Below are positions 1 through 8,918 of a stretch of DNA of 18,355 bases, piece by piece. This DNA comes from Octopus sinensis (lineage: Eukaryota): contig NW_021824508.1 in assembly GCF_006345805.1 (NCBI RefSeq), positions 1 through 18,355 on the forward strand. Reading direction: 5' to 3'. The translations under genes and the position numbers were made by a program. Each line of letters starts with the position of its first letter. The stretch's first letter is position 1. The notes beneath the pieces were generated by a model. It was not told the origin of the DNA. It worked only from the letters and a program-made list of their open reading frames with translations, and did not search any database.

Positions 1-103
1 ATAGTTAATCCAAAATGACACTAGTAAGAAAAACAACAACGTGAGGACGTGGAATAAGTACAGTGTTATTGGACGCTCAGGAAGGAAGAAAAAAGAAAGA
101 GGA

Positions 104-135
104 TTAACGTTTCGAGCGGAGCTCTTCGTCAGAAT
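104..135 (-). ncRNA. Minimal hammerhead ribozyme motif (Penelope-like element type)
   Basis: Minus strand reads ATT-CTGACGA-A-GAGC-TCC-GCTC-GAAAC-GTT-AAT: CUGANGA core, 4-bp stem II, GAAA, palindromic ACGU stem III and a 3-bp stem I (AUU/AAU). This matches the minimal, dimer-dependent hammerheads of Penelope-like LTRs. Confidence 0.65.
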
Positions 136-264
136 ATAGAAAAAGTCCAAAGAAGGGAAGACAGAGAACGAAAATCACCAACGATACGCACGCGGTCAAA
201 TTTATATATTTAATAACAAAAACCAAAAAAAACAAACCAAATGTGTGCTTATACCACACAGAGA

Positions 265-271
265 TAATTAT

Positions 272-303
<32 letters not shown>

Positions 304-331
304 ATTATTATATATATATATATGATATATG

Positions 332-362
<31 letters not shown>

Positions 363-370
363 TATATATA

Positions 371-432
<62 letters not shown>

Positions 433-540
433 ATATGTATATATGCATTATATTATATATATGTATGTATATATGTAATATGCATATATATATATTATAT
501 AATATATATATATATGCACACACACATACACCCATACATA
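265..540. repeat. (TA)n / (TATG)n microsatellite
   Basis: Visible directly; explains the YI-rich ORFs at 308-792. Confidence 0.97.
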
Positions 541-549
541 TCTGTATCT

Positions 550-1100
550 ACCAGAGTAACAGATGTTGTTATACCCTGCTGGTCACAATGCAATTCTTTA
601 CATTGTTATGGCTTTCGAATGATGTTACTCCACTGGGCAGGTAGGCCGGTCAACATTCCGCTTTCCGAACGGAAAGCCAATTCATCACCGCAGGGTTATC
701 TATTTACAGCTGAGTGTCAGCGGGCGACTGACTGTCTTGTCAAATTTCCCTTTAAATACCTGCTGCTAGGCTCCAGCAGGCAGCCCCAGTAAGTTGTCAC
801 GTGACACTGTCTCAACTTTAACTGACCAATGGAGGGCGCGTAGTCTTAGCCCACGCATTCTCTAAATGAGACCGTCACCTGTCAATCAGCGAAGCTAATT
901 CAGTGTCAGCCTGTCTCACCTAGCGATGTTATTTTTCCTGCCGGCATGTTACGACTTTCTCGGGGAGACTCTGGGTGCGATGGACTGCAGCAACTGAGTG
1001 GACTTGCTCAAAAACACGAAGGACGGCTGATTTTGGAATCGAAATTACGATCTCGCGATTGAGAGTGCAGCAGCCTCATCACTAGGCCACACGCTTTCAC
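550..1100 (-). mobile_element. Decayed tRNA-derived SINE, interrupted by a 267-bp insertion at 712-978
   Basis: Minus-strand head GTGAAAGCGTGTGGCCTAGTGATGAGG...TTCGATTCC has A/B-box-like motifs. The body motif TTTACAGCTGAGTG|GACTG.AGCAAC, related to the 15222-15548 copy, is split by the insertion. The left boundary is approximate. Confidence 0.6.
712..978 (-). repeat. Inverted duplicate of 6400-6666
   Basis: Base-by-base comparison with the reverse complement of 6400-6666 shows 3 substitutions in 267 bp. Confidence 0.95.
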
Positions 1101-1380
1101 TCGCGTGCGCACATACACACACATGCGTGCGCGCATGAACATGCACATATACATGCAGAGATGACAATTGACAAATAATGAATAAGAATCGGAAATCAAA
1201 ATGTTCAAAATGTTTTGTATTATAAAAATAAATAGATACGTAATATAATTTAATGATTGGAAACGTGAAATTCAAATAACCAGATGTGTGGGGCCTGCTG
1301 TTGCTGTCAGAAATAACGCCGTTCCTTTGTTACGGAGTACTGTTTTACTCTTCTTGTATGCAACTACGTACTCTATATCT

Positions 1381-2218
1381 GTATGTATGTATGTATGTAT
1401 GTATGTATGTATGTATGTATGTATGTATGTATGTATGTATGTGTGTGTATGTATGTATATATGTGTTGTGAGTGTGTGTGTGTGTGTGTGTATGTGTGTG
1501 TTTGAGTGAGTTGGTGAAAGGGAGACGGAAAGAGAGTGAGAGAGAGAGACAGACAGAAAAACAGACAGACATATAGACATATAGACAGACAAAGAATCAA
1601 ATCCTAACACAGAAATTTAAACATCGTGAAGTATATTTGCCACTTAAATGTGGTTAACCCTTAAGGGCGGATGCTACTGTAGCTTGTAGCCCCAGGAGGA
1701 CACCTCCTGAAGCTACAAGCTACAGAGGCATCCACCCTTAAGGGTTAGCCATATTTAAGTGGCAAATATACTTCACGATGTCGTGCAGTTACTACTTATA
1801 CCTCGCTCAGAGATTTATTATTAGACATTTAAACATTTTGTATAAATCCGAAATAGTTTCTAATTCCTTAAGGGCAGATGCTACTGTAGCTTGTAGCCCC
1901 AGGTGTCCTCCTGGGGCTAAAGCCACAGTAGCATCCACCCTTAAGGGTCAGCCACATTTAAGTGGCAAGTATACTTCACGATGTTTAAATGTCTGTGTTA
2001 GGATAATGACTCGATTTGGTTCTCTGTCTGTCTATTTGTCTGTCTGTCTGTCTCTCTCTCTCTCTCACTCTTTTTCCGTCACCCTTTCACTCACTCACAT
2101 GCACACACACACACTCACACTCAAAACACATATATACATACACATACACACATACATACATACATAATACATACATACATACATACATACATACATACAT
2201 ACATACATACATACATAC
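1381..2218. repeat. Nested fold-back: long inverted repeat (about 1381-1744 vs 1866-2218) whose arms contain palindromes
   Basis: The (GTAT)n-(GT)n-(GA)n-(GACA)n mosaic plus unique sequence is mirrored on the right. Internal palindromes lie at 1621-1781 (ACA loop at 1700-1702) and 1866-1946. Confidence 0.92.
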
Positions 2219-2431
2219 TAAACTCCTCTCTTCGGACTAGACATTTCTCTTATGGGTACCAACTGTCTCTGCAGTGAGAAACACTAACCAAAAACACTCA
2301 CCTTTAAAGCATTAAACACCCTAGTGAAAGCCAATTATATTGCATTAGCAGTAATGATAGGTCATCAGAGTACTTACGAGTACAACTGCTGAGCTCTAAT
2401 GGGAATAGATTATACGTGTATTATTAAAAGC

Positions 2432-2590
2432 AGTAAACTGACAGAAGTGGACAAAATGCCTTGCACTATTTAATTACGTGATTCTTTATGTTATAAGGTT
2501 CAAATTCTGCTGAAAATTTACTTTTCATTATTACAAGTTCGATAAAATAAGTTCCAGCCAAATACTGATGTTGATTTAAATCATATAAAT
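2432..2590 (+). mobile_element. Heavily decayed family-A SINE remnant
   Basis: GGTTCAAATTCTGCTGA...CTTTTCAT...TCGATAAAATAAGTTCCAG resembles the intact copy at 7309-7545. Confidence 0.45.
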
Positions 2591-2770
2591 CCTATCATCA
2601 ATTCTGTCCATTGTCTCAGCTACTGTATTTCGGTTGAGGTCCTGTTTGACTTAAATCCATCCCGGATCGATAAAAGACTTCTTGATTGACAAAATGTTAT
2701 TCAAATACAGGATTCGATTAAAATCGATCATAACTCTTCCGTTCAAATATGTAGCCTTGCGCTTATATTG

Positions 2771-2962
2771 GTTTCAATATAGGCGCAAGGAGGGGTAGGG
2801 CGGTTATATCGATCCCAATATTCAACTACTACTTTTTTTTATCGAGCCCGATGAAAGGTAAAATCAACCTCGGTGGAATTTGAACTCAGAACGTGAAGCC
2901 GGACGAAATGTTGCTTAAGATTTTTGCCCGACATACTAACGATTCTGCAAGTTCGCTGCCTT
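2771..2962 (-). mobile_element. Family-A tRNA-derived SINE, decayed
   Basis: GATGAAAGG...GGAATTTGAACTCAGAACG...CTAACGATTCTGC is shared with the 11261-11491 copy. Confidence 0.8.
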
Positions 2963-3155
2963 TTCTTGCGCCCTGTATTAGAACTCATCATAAATAATAG
3001 TTGAATAGTCTGTAAGGTGCAGATTCAGTAAAGCACCAGGTAAACTAATTTCCAAAAAGAACCAGCCACGTTCTTTTAAATTCTTTTGAAATATGATAAT
3101 TATGCTAAAATAACAACCATATACAAGCTCTTCATTTATTAAACAAAAAATTAAT

Positions 3156-3552
3156 AGACGTAGGAGTGGCTGTGTGGTAAGTAGCTTGCTTAGGAACCAC
3201 ATGGTTAAGGTTCAGTCCCACTGCGTGGCACCTTGGGCAAGTGTCTTCTACTATAGCCTCGGGCTGACCAAAGTCTTGTGAGTGGATTTGGTAGACGGAA
3301 ACTGAAAGAAGCCCGTCGTATATATGTATATATGTGTTTGTGTGTCTGTGTTTTTGTCCCGCCAACATCGCTTGACAACCGATGCTGGTGTGTTTCCGTC
3401 CCCGTAACTTAGCGGTTCGGCAAAAGTGACCGATAGAATATTACTAGGTTTACAAAGAATAAGTTCTGGGGTCGATTTGCTCTACTAAAGGCGGTGCTCC
3501 AACATGGCCGCAGTCACATGACTGAAACAAGTACAAGAGTACAAGAGTAAAA
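3156..3552 (+). mobile_element. Family-B tRNA-derived SINE, full length
   Basis: A-box-like TGGCTGTGTGG, B-box-like GGTTCAGTCCC, then CCTTGGGCAAGTG, an internal (TG)n and a short-repeat tail. A homologous inverted copy lies at 8504-8918. Confidence 0.88.
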
Positions 3553-3680
3553 CAAAAGCAAAAATGAAAAAAACATTAAAAGCATCAACATAGAATGCTT
3601 ATTCTAGTTATGTAACATAACAAGGAAAAAATAGTTTCTTCAAAAAAAAAAAAAAAAAAGAAAAACGAAATGCTACTTAC

Positions 3681-3790
3681 GGATTAAAAAGCTCCAGTTC
3701 TGGTGTCCATATGTCACTAGGTTTGAGGAAAACCTCTTTAACACCTCCTTGAAGACCTGGATCCCACTTCAAAAGTTGGTCCTTCCATGA
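3681..3790 (-). CDS. Exon of a divergent nAChR-like (Cys-loop) receptor extracellular domain, containing loop A
   Basis: Acceptor ttttttctatcatag, donor gtaagt, 110 nt, phase 0 to phase 2. Translates to SWKDQLLKWDPGLQGGVKEVFLKPSDIWTPELELFNP, matching the WxDxxLxW...IWxPDIxLYN signature. Length and phases equal those of exon 4 of alpha7-type nAChR genes. Too short for the ORF track. Confidence 0.93.
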
Positions 3791-3910
3791 CTATGATAGA
3801 AAAAATATTGATCCATTTCTCCATATGATACACTAGTGTGTAATCTTCAACACATAACATATCACTCACACTTCAGTCTTTTCTTTCATGTAACAATCAA
3901 TTATTCATTA

Positions 3911-4152
3911 GATGACGATGGCGATGATGATGATGATGATGATGATCCTTTCTACAAGGATCCTTTCAACAACTACAAAGCCAGCAAGTCTGGGGGAGGA
4001 GCAAAGTCGATTACATAGACCCCAGAGCTCAACTGCTACTTATTTTATAGACCCCGAAAAGATGAAAGGCAAAGTCGGCCATGGCGAAATTTGAACTCAG
4101 AACATGAAGACGGACGAAATGACGTTCTAACGATTCTGCCAGCTCGCTGCCT
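3911..4152 (-). mobile_element. Family-A SINE with (ATC)n tail, intronic
   Basis: Head GGCAGCGAGCTGGCAGAATCGTTAG, GAGTTCAAAT B-box, GCCTTTCATC core; the (GAT)n run at 3911-3946 is its tail. Confidence 0.85.
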
Positions 4153-4385
4153 TAATAATAATAATAATCCTTTATACGATAGGCTCAAGGCCTGAAATTG
4201 TGGGGAAGGGGTTAAGTTGATTACATAGACCCCCAGTACTTAAGTGGTACTTAATTTAGCGACCCCCAAAAGATGAAAGGCAAAGTCAACCACGGCGGAA
4301 TTTGAACTCAGAACACGTAGCGACGGGCGAAATACCACGAAGCATTTCGTCCGGCATGTTAACCATTCTGTCAGCTTGCCGTCTT
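4153..4385 (-). mobile_element. Family-A SINE with (ATT)n tail, head-to-tail with the previous copy
   Basis: Same motifs as 3911-4152; (TAA)n at 4153-4168. Confidence 0.85.
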
Positions 4386-4422
4386 AACAACAACAACAAC
4401 AACAACAACAACAAGAACAACA

Positions 4423-4453
<31 letters not shown>

Positions 4454-4460
4454 CAACAAA
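4386..4460. repeat. (AAC)n(CAG)n compound microsatellite
   Basis: Visible directly; source of the poly-Cys tail of ORF 4384-4689. Confidence 0.95.
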
Positions 4461-4548
4461 AACCAACCATAACAACATTAACTGAATGAATCGAAAATTC
4501 TTTAGTTTTGTTTTTGTTATTGTTGTTGCTATTGAAGGTGGTACCTAC

Positions 4549-4712
4549 CAGAGAGTCTAAAGATGTTAGAGACATTATTCGGTTAGTCTCATCAATACTA
4601 AATGTTACTGGTGTCATTGTAAAGGTTATATTCATTGTCTCTTGGTTGTATTTGACAGGTCGAGCAGTGTCCACATACATATCCATCAAATCGCTTATAA
4701 GCTTCTGCTCTT
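4549..4712 (-). CDS. Exon of the same nAChR-like receptor: alpha1 helix to beta2 (loop D)
   Basis: Acceptor ttatcttgcag, donor gtaggt, 164 nt, phase 1 to phase 0. Translates to xEQKLISDLMDMYVDTARPVKYNQETMNITFTMTPVTFSIDETNRIMSLTSLDSL, with ExxLxxDL..Y...RPV and DExN motifs. Splices in frame to 3790-3681. Confidence 0.9.
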
Positions 4713-4720
4713 CTGCAAGA

Positions 4721-4743
4721 TAATGATAATGATAATAATAATA

Positions 4744-4801
<58 letters not shown>

Positions 4802-4889
4802 AATAATGATAATAATAATAATGATGATGATAATGATAATAATAATAATGATAATGATAATAATAATAATGATGATAATAATAATGATG

Positions 4890-4922
<33 letters not shown>

Positions 4923-4976
4923 TTAATAGTAATAATAATAATGATAATAATAATAGTAATAATAATAATAATAATA

Positions 4977-5032
<56 letters not shown>

Positions 5033-5061
5033 AATTATAATAATAATAATAATAATAATAA
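4721..5061. repeat. (TAA/TGA)n trinucleotide microsatellite
   Basis: Visible directly; abuts the splice acceptor at 4713-4714. Confidence 0.97.
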
Positions 5062-5605
5062 GTACCAGGCAGTGGCTCTCATGGCTTCTGATCTTAACTG
5101 ATTGGAAGTGTTATCATGTACATTGTTTTGTCTTGGTATAAAAGATGGGCTACAGCAAATATTCTGCTCAATACCACAGATTTGCTTGTCAGTTGTTTGA
5201 CCTTAACCAGTTGAGCATGTCCCTTAGTGGCTGACGATATGTGCATCTCTGATCACGAGCAGAAGTAGTGGGGGAGCATCATAGCCATGTGTTGAGAAGG
5301 ATTCTTTGGGGTTTGAATAATTCACCTCTGGAAACATGGGTGTTTCATTCAACATCCTTAAACAACCCTTATTCAGGGACCTTTTGAGCGGGATGGGTTA
5401 CTCGATCTGAAGAAAATTCTAACTGGGCTCCACCTGCAAGGTCATGTGCTGTTTATCTTGATATGAGATCACCATGTCGCGCACATATGGTTGTGATGCA
5501 TGTGCCTGGTGTACCCTTATCAGACGGGTAGTCATGATGGGTATACTGGGCTTCGTATATTTTACCCCAGTGTCACTTTGATGGCATGCTCTGCTCGCTC
5601 ACTCA
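5062..5605 (+). mobile_element. Interspersed repeat embedded in (TAA)n; probable 5'-truncated non-LTR 3' end
   Basis: Complex non-coding block bounded by TAA repeats on both sides, with hairpins near the right end (TACCC-ttatcagac-GGGTA; ACTGGG...CCCAGT). Family and orientation are inferred. Confidence 0.45.
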
Positions 5606-6432
5606 ATGATAATAATAATGATTTCATTTATTTGCCGCTAGGGCGAAGGATGAGGGGGACAATACAGAGACAGATATAGTGTGAACGTTTACATATAATA
5701 ATAAAATGGTAAAAAAAAAATTAAACATGGTATACACTGGAAAAAGAAGAGATATATGCATAGCATACAAAGGTACAAAAAAAAAAGTGGTGGCGGGGGA
5801 TGATAGAGATGTGACCCTCCTGATACAGAAACGGCTCTAGGGATAATCGAGGAACCCCACTGTCCGAGACTTCCCTGTAGTCCTATGAGCAAGTGCCCTC
5901 TCCAATTCCTTCTCCGCGACTCACATTTTCGCAACTTTCACCCACCTTTCAATAAACTCACTCGATGACAGCATTTCTCTCTCCACTCTCAATTTCCAGG
6001 AATGTATCTGTCCTCATGCTTTTCAGCTTTGTCTACCAAACAATCTCTTTCGCTACAGCCACCAGGCACAGGAAAAACTGCCTTGTCTGCCCGATTGAAG
6101 GAGGGTGGTGGTACAATCATCACTACAGACGCGGCCGACAGACAGATCCGTCCTACACGTGACAGCAGCTGTTCAACATAGCCCTACAAATCAGCAATGT
6201 CTGGACACTGAATGAGGACGTACAGAACGGTTTCTTAACTCTGCGCGTGCCCAGGACAAATCCGTCTGGCAGCGCATTCGTGCCTGTAGAGCTTGTCTCG
6301 AACCGGTAGCACTGCCAGGCCAAGGACATCTGGAAATTATCCATGATAGTTCCCGATCGGAAAGTTCCCCGGAACAAATTAGCCAGTTCATTCTCGTCGG
6401 CACCCAGAGTCTCCCCGAGAAAGTCGTAACAT
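5606..6432 (-). mobile_element. L1/Tx1-clade LINE 3' fragment (decayed ORF2 zinc-finger region plus 3'UTR)
   Basis: Frameshifted translation MDNFQMSLAWQCYR / LPVRDKLYRH...ICPGHAQS*ETVLYVLIQCP...AVAKEIVW...EFIERW fits the zf-RVT C-terminus. It ends in a T-rich UTR, AATAAA and an (ATT)n tail. Confidence 0.82.
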
Positions 6433-6489
6433 GCCGACAGGAAAATTAACATCGCTAGGTGAGACAGGCTGACACTGAATTAGCTTCGC

Positions 6490-6652
6490 TGATTGACAGG
6501 TGACGGTCTCATTTAGAGAATGCGTGGGCTAAGACTACGCGCCCTCCATTGGTCAGTTAAAGTTGAGACAGTGTCACGTGACAACTTACTGGGGCTGCCT
6601 GCTGGAGCCTAGCAGCAGGTATTTAAAGGGAAATTTGACAAGACAGTCAGTC
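6490..6652 (+). promoter_or_regulatory. Pol II promoter-like cassette
   Basis: TGATTGACAG at 6490-6499 (PBX-PREP type decamer), ATTGG at 6548-6552, palindromic E-box TGTCACGTGACA at 6572-6583, TATTTAAA at 6620-6627 and initiator TCAGTC at 6647-6652, whose A is 29 nt from the TATA start. Activity is untested. Confidence 0.6.
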
Positions 6653-7277
6653 GCTCGCTGACACTCGTTGAAGCTACAGCGAAGAGGCCAGGGAACAGAA
6701 GAAAGAAGACATGCACTCAACACCAGAGCTGAAGACACCTCTAAAAAGGATGGGGGGGGGGCGCCACTACAAAACGGTAGAGGAGTTAGGGGCCAAAACC
6801 GGACGTGGTTATTCCTGATGATGTCTTGAGCTAACTGGATTCTATAAAGGAGCTGTTGTGGTAGCAGACCACGAAACACGGTTGAAATTCCCCAAGAGTC
6901 TGTTTCTGACTGTTTAGAAAAAAATAGAACACCAAATGGGGAGGACAAGGTTAAAACGGAAGCATAAAAATAAACGAGAGGGGAAGTCAATAATTATAGC
7001 CCTATTACATGCTTACTATTGCTCTAGAAATTACTAACTAATTATATTGCAGAGGAATTGTATAACTTTCAGGAGAAGGAGAAACTATTATCGGAAGAGC
7101 AAAAGTGATGCCGAAAGAAGTCAAGAGGAACTGCCGATCTATTGTATATCAATAGCATGATACTAAGTGAAGTACAAATAAAAAAGAATTTAGCAATTGG
7201 TTGAGAAGGCTAGAATAATAGTGTACCACACTGTTGATTTTGGAATTCCTGAAGATACTCGAGGTCAGTAAGAAGAT

Positions 7278-7545
7278 GGCAGCGGCAAGCTGGCAGAAAC
7301 GTTAGCAAAGGCGGTGAGCTGGCAGAATTGTTAGCACGCCGGACAAAATACGTAGCCGTATTTCGTGTGCCGTTACGTTCTGAGTTCAAATTCTGCTGAG
7401 GTCGACTTTGCCTTTCATCCTTTCGGGGTCGATAACTTAAGTACCAGTTACGTACTGCGGTCGATGTAATCGACTTAATCCCTTTGTCTGTCCTTGTTTG
7501 TCCCCTCTATGTTTAGCCCCTTGTGGGTAATAAAGAAACAAGAAG
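7278..7545 (+). mobile_element. Family-A SINE with duplicated 5' head and possible AAGAAGA target-site duplication
   Basis: A partial head at 7278-7307 precedes a full copy from 7309; AAGAAGA occurs at 7270-7276 and 7540-7546. Confidence 0.88.
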
Positions 7546-8503
7546 AGTTCCATGTTTTAAATTATATGGGATCGTGAAGTAGAACTAAAACGTGGAAGTA
7601 AATCATTTGGAAATGTGATAATATGGAGTAAGATATTTTTGGGAGACTCACTCTCCCCATTAGTTTTCGTGGTTTCGTAAATTTCATTGAGAAACATACT
7701 GAGAGAATTCAATCCTGCCCATGAGCTTACTAAAACCAAGGTGAAAATAAATCATTAATCAATTATATGAATGACATGAAACTATGCACCAAAAATAGAA
7801 AAACAAAAAAGATCTAGATTCTCCTGTTCAAACGATATAAATATTTACCAAGATTATTGGCTTAGATTCTGAGGTAAGTAAGTGTGCAGCTTTACATATG
7901 AACAGAAGTCGAAAGATTAAACCTGATGGTACACGATATTGTGTGTAAAAAAATTATGAAGAACCTAGTGAAGGAAGGACATTATCTGTGTTCAGTAAAA
8001 TCGGAGAATTCTGTGAAACAGCGTGTGATATTATTAGATCGCTTAGATAATAATGAAGCTTACATGTACCCAGTGGTGTTTCGGAATTGAGAGAAAAAGT
8101 CTCCAAAGGGTACATGAGAATGATTAGGCGCTCGAAACGAACGAAAATACAGGGACTGTCAACAAAGTAATCGATATGTGGTCCGTATCAGTATTCAGAT
8201 ACTCTGTTCCTTTTCTAAAGTAGATAAAGAAGGACAGGGAGAGAAGGGGAAAGAGGGAGAGAGAGAGAGAAAGAGAAGGAGAGGAAGGAAGAGAGAGAAC
8301 TATAGGAATATGGTGGAATAATTAGGAAGGTTCATACAAAACATAACACTCCATCGTAAAACTAATACCGATAGGCTCTACTTACTCAAGAAGTTCATTA
8401 GTTATAGAAGGTACCAGCAGTGCTACAATGCCATATGACGGGAGCGTGGATATCAAAGAAATTGCGACAATTGAGAAAGAGCCAGAAGAAATACTGTTGG
8501 GCG

Positions 8504-8918
8504 TTTTACTCTTTTACTTGTATCAGGCATTTGACTGCAGCCATGCTGGAGCACCACCTTTAGTCGAGCAAATCTACCCCATGACTTATTCTTTGTAAGG
8601 CTAGTACTTATTCTATCGGATTCTTTTGCAGAACCGCTAAGTTACGGGGACGTAAACACACCAGCATCGGTTGTCAAGCGATGTTGGGGGACAAGCACAG
8701 ACACACAAACATACACACACACACACACACACACACATATGTATATACGTATATACGACGGGCTTCTTTCAGTTTCCGTCTACCAAATCCACTCACAAAG
8801 CTTTGGTCGACCCGGGCTATAGTAGAAGACACTTGCCCAAGGTGCCACGCCGTGGGAATGAACCCGGAACCATGTGGTTGGTAAGCAAGCTACTTAACAC
8901 ACAGCCACTCCTGCGCCT
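8504..8918 (-). mobile_element. Family-B SINE, full length
   Basis: Reverse-complement homologue of 3156-3552. Confidence 0.88.

Noticed and set aside
1272-1380. DIEYVVAYKKSKTVLRNKGTALFL as the next receptor exon (loosely resembles beta5-beta6)
   Set aside because: No AG acceptor gives the phase-2 join required after 3681, there is no Cys at the Cys-loop position, no good donor, and an in-frame stop follows. Worth rechecking only if RNA-seq covers it.
308-2240. YI-, HT- and CMYV-rich ORFs
   Set aside because: Di- and tetranucleotide microsatellite translations; the same applies to 4782-5141 and 11635-12037.
2297-2420. Minus-strand donor-like sites (GTGAGT, GTAAGT) as further receptor exons
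   Set aside because: No compatible acceptor with an open frame, and no convincing Cys-loop similarity.
4384-4689. 101-aa ORF with a poly-Cys tail as a complete gene
   Set aside because: Only the part within 4549-4712 is exon; the rest is read-through into intron and (GTT/GCT)n repeat.
712-6666. A single 6-kb DNA transposon with 267-bp TIRs capturing the exons
   Set aside because: No flanking TSD or transposase, and the right arm is an internal slice of a longer LINE/promoter chimera rather than a terminus.
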